This document shows, piece after piece, positions 12,958 to 25,938 of a stretch of 64,000 bases of DNA (its first letter is position 1; every line of letters begins with the position of its first letter). Both the position numbers and the translations under genes were made by a program. The DNA is taken from NCBI GenBank assembly GCA_038496445.1, contig JALMLS010000005.1:1-64000 (forward strand), in the 5' to 3' direction. Source of the DNA: Trichosphaerium sp. ATCC 40318. Lineage: Eukaryota; Protista; Tubulinea. Under the pieces are notes generated by a model. That model worked only from the letters and a program-made list of their open reading frames with translations. It did no database searches and was not told where the DNA came from.

Positions 12958-13292
12958 ATCTATCTATGTGAGGCAATTTAGCGATAAAAACAACCGCCAC
13001 GATCATGGTACCGTCAGCTTAATAAGCCTAGTTCACTTCTGGCGTTGCTTGCTTGCTTTGTATGTAAAATGATCAAGATTGTAGTATGACTTAAAGTGTT
13101 GAAAAGCGTAAGTGTCAAAACGAGATACAACCAAGAGCCTAAGTTGACACTGTACAAAGTACGGTGTCCATACCAGTGGCGGCTTTTTCTTTGTCATGTT
13201 ATTGTTTTTTTAGCCTTTGAAATGACATTTTCACGGATTTATTGTTACATGGGATTTACTTTTTTGTAGCCTAGCTTGTTTTTTTTCAAGCA

Positions 13293-16200
13293 CTAAAGTG
13301 CAACTTGTTTTGCTTTTTTAGAGGTCTTGGATGTTCCATTGGCACTCGAACGGTACCGCTTCTTTTTGGCACTTTCGTCACTAAAAATTAAAACAACTTA
13401 GATAAATGGCTTTTTAGATTGCTGTACGCACGCTTCTTCAATTGCTTGTATCTCTGCGCTTCTAGTGACTGCCATTGTCTGCAATGTGTAGTCCAAAATA
13501 AATGATTGTTGGTATAACTTGTCCATGCGCCTAGCGTGCCTTTCTGTATATGGAATCAAAGCGCGGAGAGCCTACGAAAAAGTGAACAATTTAGATTTTG
13601 ATTATTGTAATTGTCTGTTATGAACTGACCCGCTTTACATTTGCAACCTTAACTATACTTTCCACTTTGAATGTTGTCAAGATCTCTTTGAGCACCAACT
13701 GCGCAATAAATGATCGCTTTGCATTTGTATTCCAATCGCGAACATAGGTGAGGAGTCTTCCAACTTCTTCCAACGTCAAAGCACATACAATGAGATGCAG
13801 CTGGTCCTTAAACTTCTTTTCTTTTCTCTATAGAGAGGTTACTTGTAAGTAAAATTATCTATTGAGGCTATTTTAGGTACCAGCAACACTTCAAGGACTG
13901 TGTAACATCTAATGGGTTGCTCTAAGCCCAAAGCCAACATGAACGCTGCCTTCCACTGCTTATTTTTTAAGGCGTTGTCCAAGTCCTGTTTTTTTAATAC
14001 TAATCTATTCCGTTCCTGACGCGTTTGTCTTGTCAAAAAGTGTTAATGAAGGAAAAGAAAATACACAAAATGCAAATCGCACTTAGTTGTCTCCTCGGTG
14101 GCATCGTGTGAAATGACTAGTCCACCATCAGCGCCACCAGTGATGAATACGGACTCTTCTTCGTTCATCCAAAGTGCCCATATCTAAGTATCCACGTTTT
14201 AGTACATTAGTGGCCCAGTTTTAAATAATTGTACCCTATCATCATGTGGTTGTGTGGTACAAACACATTCGCGAGTTTTGAGTACCCACAGTTTGAGCAG
14301 GCCGTCGGAGCCACCAGATAACAATTGAGTACCCTTGTTCATAAAATCTAAGGTTAAGACAGATCCTGTGTGCCCCTGCAGGGTCTAAAAAGTTTGTGTA
14401 AGCAATCTGAAAATAATAATTGGATTGTTTACCGAAAGGCAATGTCCATCAGTATAACTCCATAAGCGTATTGTACCATCACCACTGGACAAAATGCATT
14501 AATACAGTAACTCGTGTAGTGCAATAGCAGTGCTTTGCATTTTGTGGGCACACTGGCGTACCTTCCCGAAGCAATGACTTTATCTGTCGGGGAGAATTTC
14601 AGTGCGTTCACCGCTCTGTTGTGACCTTCAAGTGAAAACTTCAATTTCTGTGTCTTAACGTCCCATAGTTTCAACGTTTTATCTTGTGATCCAGTGGCGA
14701 GAATTTTGTCATCTTTTGAAATGGCCATGGAGTGAATGACTTTGCGGTGAGGATGAATAGTTGCCAAACTGGATGTGTTGACATCAAGTTCGTCACTACA
14801 ATCCCAAAGCTTAACAGCAAGATCACGTGAAGCTGAGAACAATTTTGGAGAGTTGTTACAAAACACAATGTGAGTTACTGCTTCAGCGTGGCCTTGGAGT
14901 ACGCCTACTAATGACATGTTTTCAGTGCTGTACACCCTTATTGTCTTATCTTTACTAGCGGTTGCGAAGAACCCTTGAGGGTGTGTCGCAACAGCCAAGA
15001 TTACATCGCTGTGACCACGTATGAACTTGCATTTTCTTTCCACTTTTGCTTGTTCACCTTCAGTTTTGAGAGAGCATATACGAAGCTACAACAGCGTGAG
15101 AAGGCGTCAGAAATATAATTTAGTACCGATGCTGAGTTCGAGGCGAGCAGTAAACTCGATTGATATGGTGGAGGCATTGCTTTAATGTCCAATATCTGTT
15201 CGTTGTTTGCAGCAAAAGACCAAAGAAGCTCATTTGACTCCATAGACTGTGCGTAAAAGTTTTGTTCTTCAGATACACTCAAAACGGTATCGTTTGATGC
15301 GTACACGTGAAACAGAGGTTCATGTACGAGCTCATCATCAAAAGGCACTTCGGTTCGTTTACCAATATTCCACCGTCGCAATTTGCCTTGTTCGCCAACT
15401 GTACAGAATAAGCTATTACCCAATGCGTCTCTGACCCAACAACAACTTTCAATGACTTCGTAAGTAGGTATCATGAACATGCGTGTCATCTTTTTAAGAT
15501 CCCATGCAATAATAGTCTTATCTCTACCAACTGAAAGTATACGATCTTGGCGCGTTGTGAGAAAGCAAATATCAGTGACTTGATCAATGTGACCCTTCAA
15601 CTCCCCTATTTTCTTTCCTTGGCGAAGGTCGAAGAGTTCAATGATTTGACCACTGCAACAAAATAGATTGTATTGCAAAGATTTTTCACCAAACCTACGA
15701 GTGTAAAATTACTTGACTTGTGCTTTTTGTTTTTTGTAGCGTTTATGTTGAAAGCAAAAGAAAAAAAAAAAAAAAAAAAAAACAATGTTTAGTACGTACT
15801 TCATTAATCGTACTATATCGGACACACTAAAGGCGTGCGTTTGATAGTATTTTTTACCGTCAAATATCTTGAGTTGACTATTAACAAAAGCAGTCGCAAT
15901 GAGAGGACCAGCTGCAGGACCACCCAGACACACAGCAGACATCATAGAATTTCCAGTTTTGAAGTTGTGAAGTTCGTGCCATTCGTCGTCTGTAATATTG
16001 TCGTATATAGTGAGCTAGGAGTTTTTGTGAGCGTGGGAGAAAAATATGACATGTTTTTGTTTTTTCTTTTACAGTTTGAAAAAAAAAAAAACAGTTGTAA
16101 AAAACGTACTGTACTTGGTTGCGTTGCAACAGCGGCCAATCCATTCTCGTGCATGCCCACCGCTGTAACTGCGGCACTCTAAACGAATCTTAGATTTCAA

Positions 16201-16494
16201 TATTGCTTATTTCTTGTTTCTTCTGAAATTCTTCGTGAATTTGATAATTTGTTTGAGGGGTATCAAAATTTCTCGGTTTTGCGTTGTTACAGGCAAAGAA
16301 ACGGTCAGAGTTTTTTTCACAGCCTAACATACCATTTTATTGCTTGACACCTTATCACCTGTGCTTGAAAACACATTTAAGGTGTGTTCTGCACCCAAAG
16401 CTAAGAAATGGCCAGTTTCTGAAGCAAAAGGCGCTATTATGCCTCCAACGAATAAAGGAAGGTCTGTTGATGTTATTCCAAGCGTAGATTTCAT
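13293..16494 (-). CDS. TBL3: TBL3/Utp13 WD40 U3 snoRNP protein
   Basis: Many GH...WD repeats; Utp13 C-terminal domain VRDWNTNAKRSFIAQLVL...LIPYTERHARRMDKLYQQSFILDYTL. Confidence 0.92.
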
Positions 16495-17027
16495 CTTGAA
16501 TAATTATTCGCTACATACTCATTATTAATCTAATAAAACCGGTTCACTACATACCAACACAACTGGCGCTTTCACTGCGTTGATGCTCGTTAAAAAATAA
16601 TTTTATTGAAAGAAAAAAATGTCAAAGCTTTTTTGAAGTTTGGCTACCGTTAAACAACATGCAACTGAAACGTGTAAACTTGCGCTCAAGTACATTTCAA
16701 CTCAAAAAACAAATTAAAGCTGTCAGAAACAACGCATTGCGCAACTGCGTTGGTGAAAATATGTAAGAGTTTGGTAATGGTGGTTAGATTACTATTCCTT
16801 TTTTTGGCAAATAAAGCGTATGTCGCGTAAAGTACAGGCAGCAATATTTCCGAAAGTAGCCAACGTAATTGCAAAGTTTATGTCCAATTATCACTGAAAT
16901 ACAAAAAAAAAGTAGCTAGATTAAGACGAAATGCGACAGTAATGGTTTTTATAATAATAACCACGCGTCAGAACACGCAATAGTTTGTTTTACTAACGCC
17001 GTGTGGGGTACAAGTATTATACACAGT

Positions 17028-17954
<927 letters not shown>

Positions 17955-18502
17955 GTTGTGTTGTTTGAGTTGTGTATTTTCTAAACTTTAATGAAACCAA
18001 AAAATTTTCTTGGTTTTCACTAAATTCAAAAAAAATCAACAAAATTTTGTTTTTAACGACTTTGCCAACGAAATACACTCACTGAACCAGCGTTGCCAGG
18101 AAATACTGTTTTGTGTTGCACGCTCAGAGCATCAACAAAAGGTGCTGCCACCTGCACCAAACGGGTTAAGCAAAGTTACCAAGAAAAAACCGCAGCGTCA
18201 ATGCAACCTAAAAATACAAGGACGGAAAACGATAAAGCACAAAATTGGCTTTGTACACGTGTAAAGACTCTCACCCCTGCGCAGTGAGAGTAGATCAAGT
18301 CCCGAACCTCAGTTGCATACTTTAAAACAAACACTCATTCTGTGAAGTCTATTCGAAGCTTGGTCTGCCGTTCGCATTTACCATTTCTTTAACGCCGTTG
18401 CCAAGATGACACTGTTTTATTTTTGTTTCAGCTAACGTGGCCTGTTGAGCGAACACTACACGTTCAGAGATAATTCTTTATCTCCTAATCATTGAGCATA
18501 GG

Positions 18503-18964
18503 CTAAATCGCTGTGGATGGCGGCGCTGCCTTTGATGGCAGCTTAAAGCCTACTTTATTGGCCTAAAACAATTACTTTGGGGCCAAGGCACACGTTTTCA
18601 CTTATAGTTAGTACGTACTTGAGCTTCATAATTTTCTTTGTTGTATTTTTTGCCAACCCTGTGTTTTACCACCATCTCCTACGCCAAAGTGTAAGTGTCA
18701 TCAAGTTTTTGGCTCCATAACCGGCTGTAGGCGTGGAGTTGCAAAATAAACGTGTACTTTGTGGTGCTGGAGGCTTGTTCGGTGGTAGAAGTACAATTCT
18801 GCTGTCTTGTATTCCTTTTGTGCCTCTGTTTCGCCCAGACCCATATTCAGTTTCCATTTTTTTGTTATATACTGTTTAAATGTCCCCTGATTACCTTCTA
18901 CGCTAAATTGACGATCGGCTAAGCGTAGCATTTGCCTGTACAAACCCAATCGTGCGTATGCCAT
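18503..18964 (-). CDS. FMC1: FMC1-like LYR-family mitochondrial ATP synthase assembly factor
   Basis: N-terminal LYRQMLR; spliced C-terminus ...YEAQ|ANKVGFKLP matches the FMC1 AxxVGLxLP motif. Confidence 0.65.
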
Positions 18965-19223
18965 GTTAGTGCTTGAAAATCCCGTGTGGCACTGCTCACG
19001 CTTGTACTACTGAGACTTGTATTGAAACCACTCAAACAGAAAAAAAAAAAAAAAATAAGCCTTCAATCGCAGCAACACTTCCCCCACACAAGTACACGCG
19101 GATTCGTACTATTTGTGCCTGTGCTTTGGAGTTATACTCCGTTGTGAGGTTCTAACTCTGAGAGAGCTAAGGAGGTCTTGTTGCAACAAATTCAACAAAC
19201 GTCAATTTGACGCTAAACGAGCT

Positions 19224-22200
19224 ATGCACTGTGAGATAACTACGCCACTAGAAGTGGTTATCAAATTACAAAAAGGTGATGAGCGTACACTAGGATTAGC
19301 TGATCTACCAGCTGATACACAGGCCACTGAATGTGCAGAAAAGCAGTTGCGTGTCCGTTTTAACGGTAGCTTGCTAGAAATTACTTGTGTAAGTCGATTT
19401 ATTGGGCGTTTTTGCTCGTGTAAACGCTAATTTACGCCTTACAAGTGCGGTGACAAACCCTCAGGACTATTGCGCGCTGCAGAAGCTTTACAATACTACA
19501 AGTGTAACGTAGGAGAAAAACAGCTTGTGAAACACGGTGATATCATTTGGTGCGCGTCCACGCGTGATGTAAAACCAGTTGGCATGCTACTACTAGTGTT
19601 TTTACTAATCACAACTTAGTATGGTTGGTGAATCGTATTACTGTCTAGTGAGATGCGTACACCCGCCTGAAGTTGATAATATGACAAAACCAGAAGAAAA
19701 ATTTACCAATGCCATCTCACGGCCCAACAAGCGCAAACGCGATGATATGGGCTTTAATTATAATGTGCGAGTATGCGAACTTGCTTGTGTTTGTAACATT
19801 TTACATCTCCAGGATGATCCAGAACTGTTGACTCCCAAGCGAGCCAAGCGGATCTTGGAGGAAGATAATGATGATTCACGTGATGACGTTCGGGGCTATG
19901 GAGGCTACGACGATTACAAATTTTCCCTCCATTCTTCGACACAAGAAAAAACAGATTCAGCGCTTACTGACAGCCCACCTGACTACCTTCGCGACTTGCA
20001 AGTTGATATTGAGGAAGAAAAAGAACCACTAAGCCCTGAACAACAAAAAATATTTGATGCTGTTGTATTGCGTAAAAAATCCGTGTTTATAACTGGCAGT
20101 GGCGGAACAGGGAAATCATTTTTACTTCACCGCATTATTGATGCATTAAGGGATGAGTATGAAAAGAAATTTGATGAATTTGTGGCAATCACTGCTTCGA
20201 CAGGTTAGTTGCAATATTGTATGTTTGGATTTCTTGTTATTTAATGATTACAAGGTATTGCTGCATTGCCGTTGGGAGGCGCCACTATCCACTCATTCTC
20301 AGGATTGGGGGTTGTAAAAAGGAAAGAAGGTGCTGTAACTATGATTGTTATTTCTCTGATTGTTAACTAGATTTTGAGCGCATGTGGGGAAATAAATCCG
20401 TGTATGAAACTGTTTTCGTTTGGTTTTTTTAATGTTAATAGGTGGCGTCATTTGCGCGTTTTGATCATTGACGAGATATCAATGATATCTGGTGAGATGT
20501 AAGTACCTATGCTTAGGTAGTTTGGTGGGACTTACAAACCTCCAAAGGTTTGATGGTATTATGGACATGGCGAATCAAATACGTGACAGCGTTCAAATAT
20601 ACGAACCAATTCAAGTCATTGCGACAGGGGTTAGCTAACTTGTTACACGACTGAATTCACATTAGTGCTTTTTAGGACTTCTTTCAACTACCTCCCATCC
20701 ATGATAGACCGTCATGGTCTCAAAAAAAAGAGCTTGAAGCATTTGAGTCTGAACCTCTTTGGGAAACTAAAAAGTATTGCTTTGAGGTACTTTCATTTAA
20801 ATGATAGTTAAAGTATCAACTATGCGGTAGGCCGATTGCTGGGATAGCATGTTTGGTAATACAATGTTTGAGCTTACAAAGGCACAATCCTGCTAGAACT
20901 ATAGCAGATACTAACCTGTATTTTTGAAGGCGTTCCGACAGAGTAACTTGGATTTCATCACAACTCTGAACTCATTGAGGGTTGGAAAGGTTGAACAGCA
21001 ATCGTTGAAGCTTCTCTCTCAATGTAACCGACCGTTGTCTATGGTTGATGGTATCACTCCAACGTGTTTATATTCTACCAACAAGGTAACCAAAATCATG
21101 TAGTTGCAGTACTCCAAACAAACACTAATTCTTACAGCGGGTGAACCATGAGAATAATTCAAAGTTGAACATGCTTCCCGACAAACTTGTGCGTCCCTTC
21201 AATTTACTAGACGGTTGAGTTACCCTCATTAGCAAATATTTTCGGCTATGGATTTTGTTGAAGCCAAAGCAGAACGATCTATGGAGCTATTGGATTATCC
21301 TGTTCAATCGGATGGCTATGGGCAAGCACCCACCTCAGATTCAAGCTATGACAAAGTATGTAAAACAAAGTTAGTGTTAGTTACTAACTGCACCGTCAGG
21401 CGTTGAAGGAAGTAGCAAGGCTTTTCAATCACATAAACAGAAAGAACAACAATGAATATGAATGTGTATCTTATCTTAACAAAGATAAATTCTTTACTCA
21501 GTACGTTAGTGTGCCTTGTTTTAAATAACACAAATACAAGGTGTTTGGCTGGTCAGGAGATTTGTTTGAAAAAGGATGCCCAAGTCATGCTTGTAAAGAA
21601 TTTACGCCAAAAGGTATCTACGAATCACCAATTTTCTTAATATTAATCTCATTTACCTGTAGGGTACAGATATGCTTGTCAATGGATCCCGTGGTGTAAT
21701 AGTTCGTTGGTACAAAGAGATTGATGCTAAAATCATTGAGGCACTTTCGAATCTTCAGGGCTTGCGTGACAAGTTGGTAAGCTTATTTTTTTTGCTTTGA
21801 TGATCTCTATTTTTACCAAAGTATTGTTAAGAGGGATGAACGTGGTACCAATCGTACTAGTAAACGCCGTATGGAATTTATTCGAACCCTTATAAAAGCG
21901 GCGGTTCTGCAATTAAAAGGCTTGGTCTACTTTAAAGAGCGAGGATGGCTTTTGCCAGTTGTTAAGTTTATTAGCACAGATGGAGTTCCTTTTGAAGAGA
22001 TTATATTGCCTGGTAATGCTGCTCGCTTCTACATATTTCGGCTATGTTCTAATATTTACCAGAGGTCCTGAGCAGCTCTACAGCAAATGTTGGCCAATGT
22101 TTTCGTATACAGCTCCCATTAAAACTTGCATGGGCAATTACAATCCATAAGTGTCAAGGCATGTCTCTTGATAAAGTAGAAATAGATTTTGGCAAGATAT

Positions 22201-22607
22201 TTGCTGAAGGTCAGGCATATGTGGCTCTTAGTCGTGCAAGGAGCTTGGATGGTCTCCACACAAAAGGATTCAGCGCAAGGTACCCATTAGCCGAGAGAAA
22301 CTTATTTTTTAATTGCCTTTCTTGTTTATTAACAATGCGTAGTAAGATAAAAGTTCACGAGACTGTTTGGTTGTGGCATAAGAAGATGTTTCCTGATAAT
22401 CCAAATTATAAAACAAGACCGAGATTTTTAACAACTACATCAACTGGCGATGGAAGGTGTAAGACTTGTGCACGTACTGGGCATCGCTCAAGTGAGTGTC
22501 CCTCAACTAAATGTTACAGATGTGGTCGGTATGTAAATATCAACAAAAGATTACTTCTAATGTTGTGTAGGTATGGGCATTGGAGTTCAGCTTGTACTTC
22601 TTTTTAA
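19224..22607 (+). CDS. PIF1: Pif1-family 5'-3' DNA helicase with N-terminal FHA-like domain and C-terminal CCHC zinc knuckles
   Basis: [85 protein letters not shown]; [14 protein letters not shown] and [14 protein letters not shown]. Confidence 0.95.
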
Positions 22608-22950
22608 TGTAAAAAAATACGAAAATAATAATAAAATGTACATTATAACAATGTGTTAGTTAACAAATTAAGGATGCGTACCCACCTATAACGCCATACA
22701 ATCAATACTTAAAATCCAAGTCTCGGCATTACGCTTACTTTAATAAAAAAATACTACAAACGTACATCAGATACAAACACTGCGTAGCTTTGGTACAACT
22801 GCGTTTGCACCCTAAGCCACACGTGTCGGAAAAATAATTTAAGAGGTGGCGTTTTATGATGTAAACATATAGAACTTACTGGCAGTATAATTTAAGTTCT
22901 TTAAAAGTTAAAATTACACCGTACCCTTTTGGCTCTTCGTATATTAAACG

Positions 22951-25713
22951 ATGAATCCTGTAACGCTTTCTTAACGAATCACTGCAGTGTGCACTAGTGT
23001 AACATAACTCCGCACAATCTTTTAGATCAACTCCTTGTGGTGTGCAATGTTTAAAAACAAGAAAATAGACCCTGGAGAATCGAAAATATGGAATAATGCT
23101 AACACTGAAGAGCTTGCATCGTTCTGGGAAGGATGGATTACTAAAAGGTGGTACGTTAGCAAATATAAAGGCAAAGACGGGCTGTATCTGTACACGAAAA
23201 CAGAAAAAAAGGGGTACGATCTATTATAGTGGTAATTATGTTCTTATCACGTGATAAAACAGATACCAACCTCTCTGCCCGGTTCTACACGCGGAAGCAT
23301 GGGATACTATGGACGGGGAAGTAAAAATCAGAGCCGTTTTGTTCAGAGCTTCGCACACTATTCTCGGGTTCAACTATGTTCATATGAGAGTAAAAAAGTG
23401 CCTCCCAGAATTGCTACAAGCCGGTAAAAAAACTGACCGATTGGTTTTCGTTAGTACGTGTAGAAACTACCCAAATACAACTAACCATACAAAAGATACG
23501 ATAGAAAAGTTCATTAAAGGTTATCGTAAAGCTCACCACGGTAAGTATCGAATATCTCTAAGTATTCCTAATACACGATAGAGCACCTCGCAAGTATTAA
23601 CGTTCACGGATCAAGCGCTATGATCGCCGTACGTCAATCTTTTAAAATAGTTAGAATATTTGGTCTAAGTTATTGACAGCATCGGTTGGAGCTGGAGGGA
23701 GATCGCAAGGTACTTGGGAGCTGTTTCTTTTTCGACTGATCCGTAATAAATAGTTACTTCTTCCCTGGCATTCATACGTTCAGTGGGACGAAATTACACA
23801 ACATTTAGAACATGGCATGACCGAGTTGATAGAAGACAAGACGCGCAATTATGAGCAACGAATAGAGTATTTCGTCGTAAGCGTTCACTTACCTTTCAAA
23901 TAAATTATTCTCGCAACTAACCATGGTTCACAAGAGCTATTTCTTTGCGCCTATATCTGATAAGCTTGGCGCTTCGAAACATGTGTCAGAAGTTTCTCAG
24001 TGGAAACAATTTCTCAATCCAGAATTCTTCGTAAAGGTAAAGGTATTCGTATTCTTTTCTGTTTGCTTACGTTAGTTGCAAGGGCGGACCATTTAATTTC
24101 ATGATTTCAGCTATCAGTGGACTACGTCGTGCTATGTTCTACGATCGTGAGAAGCCCACAATCATGATACCAGGGGAAGTCAGACAATTGTAAGTACATT
24201 TTACATTTTTCGTACGTTAAATTACACCGATAGGGAGCATTTCAAGATATACCGAGCGTTTGCTGTTGCCTTCTACGGATATTGCGTTCACCAAAGTGAA
24301 CCTGCGTTGAGCCGGTTTGAGCATTGGAAGGTTCAAAGCTACTTTGAGAGTGAAAACAAGCAACAGTTCCTAAAAGCATTCATCAATTATTTTATCAAGT
24401 GTCATTCGCTAAAGGACAGTGTAAAATACAAATGGATGACTCTGGATCCTAAACCTCCTGAAGGTAAGATCGGTAATAGAAACCGTGCATTAGGCTAAAC
24501 AACATAGAGCGGCAAACCCTTCATTTAATAGGCGAGGAGGAATCTGTTCCTCCAGGTAAGTTTCATATATCCTGGCTGCTTTATTAATTTCGTGATGGCA
24601 GAGACGTGCTTCGTAGACCCTCCAGAATGGGAAAAATCCGACATAACTTTTGCTAGAGTTTCTCTTGAGGGTATAGAGAATTGTCCTTGTTATAATAGGC
24701 TTACACTTCTTAGTTAAATTGAAAGGAGGCGTAGAAACAGTTTCAGGTGCTGCCAAGGTAGCTTTTGGAGATGAAATTCCGGGTGGAACTATATTGTCAG
24801 GATACCCTGTACTTATCATTTTCGTGTAATTTGCCAATCTTAGTATTGTTTAGAAATGGCATCAAGAGGTTTACCACAAACACCATCATTTAATTTTTTG
24901 ATTATTTTTTAAGGAAAGAATATTTGCGTGTTACCCTGAGCTTCTGTATTTAACTATGGTCTTACCTAGCCTATACAAAAGGTTGTTATGTTTTTCTAAT
25001 ATTATCTGACATGAATATAGAGAAGCCTGGGTGGTTCAAGGTCTTAGGAGAGTAAATGATTGCAAAGGAAAAAAGACTAAATTTCGTGTAACTGGAGTAT
25101 GCGAAGATGAAGACTTGCATGAAGTAATTGGCATTGATGGTACGCCTTCTCAATAACCTATGTACTTACAATGCCTAGCACTTGTCCATGGTGTAAAGAA
25201 ACCTGTATGATGTTTATTATTCACTAGTCAGTGTTGACTTTCTTTTACAGGCCGACTTGGAGCGAGAATGTAATAAGGCGTATGTCGGATTTGCTGGTGC
25301 TGATTCCAAAGTTTTAGCAACTGGTTTCTGGTACACATAAGATCATATTAGGCCATAGTCTAAATAACACATACAGGGGTTTATCTGAATCCAAAGGCGA
25401 TAAGCAATTACATTCAGTCATTCAACTTATAGCAGGAGCACAAGGTATGGTATTTTAAAAGAAATTGTTGTAAAGGTGTGCATAGCCAATAAGAATATCG
25501 TCTTTATGGTTGAAGGAGATGAAGAATTTAAGGCTGAGTTGGAAGACATATATACATTCTTGGTCAAGGAAAACGTGACGGTACGTTTATATGGCTTCAA
25601 CATTTTCAATAATTGTGACCCAGGTTTCAACTCTCTTCGATGTACTTTCATTTGCAGGCAAAAAGGACAAAGGGGAAGTCTTTGCTACAATCAAAGCAGC
25701 GTTATCTTCCTAA
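22951..25713 (+). CDS. PARG: Divergent poly(ADP-ribose) glycohydrolase-like macrodomain protein (start uncertain)
   Basis: Spliced AKVAFGDEIPGGTILSGYP|KWHQE|ERIFACYPELL; EAWVVQGLRR...VIGIDA; LERECNKAYVGF...LATGFWG...GD...IQLIAGAQA follow PARG catalytic-domain motif order. Confidence 0.8.
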
Positions 25714-25860
25714 ACTCTAATCAATCGTTGCTGTTCTTTGTAAGTCTCTTGATTTAATAAAACCAACATGGACTAAAAAAGGGTGATTGAGCTCTAACAG
25801 TACTTTTGGTGCGGACGAGAAATTTATGAGATTTTAGCCCTACACCACCCAAAGCATTTT

Positions 25861-25938
25861 CGTTGCTCTACCAACTGAGCTACAAGAGAAAGTTTCCTCT
25901 CGACGGGACTCGAACCCGCGACCTCCGGCTCTGCAGGC
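25861..25938 (-). tRNA. Circularly permuted tRNA-like gene, anticodon GCA (3' half 25938-25895, linker AACTT, 5' half 25889-25861)
   Basis: Minus strand reads GC CTGCAGA GCCGG AGGTC GCGGG TTCGAGT CCCGT CGAGAGG A | AACTT | TCTCTTG TA GCTC AGTTGGTA GAGC A ACG. The halves (44 + 29 nt) rebuild a 73-nt cloverleaf. Confidence 0.8.

Noticed and set aside
13070-13090. U2 snRNA-like GATCAAG..TGTAGTA
   Set aside because: Lacks U2 stem I, the correct spacing and the Sm-site context.
18265-18315. TPP-riboswitch-like words on the minus strand (CTGAG…ACTTGATC…GCGCAGGG) and U6-like CCCCTGCGCA
   Set aside because: No TAAT L5 loop or P2/P5 pairing, no ACAGAGA box, and no adjacent thiamine gene.
19224-22607. 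Pif1 as a Helitron helicase
   Set aside because: No HUH Rep domain or Helitron termini seen; it is an intron-rich gene in ordinary context.
24490-24837. 115-aa minus-strand ORF that looked like a foreign insertion in PARG
   Set aside because: It is the antisense shadow of real plus-strand PARG exons (PEWEKSD…, GGTILSG).
25846-25889. Conventional unpermuted tRNA with anticodon TGC read on from the 5' half
   Set aside because: The stem ACGAA/TGGGT pairs poorly, position 33 is A, and no T arm follows.
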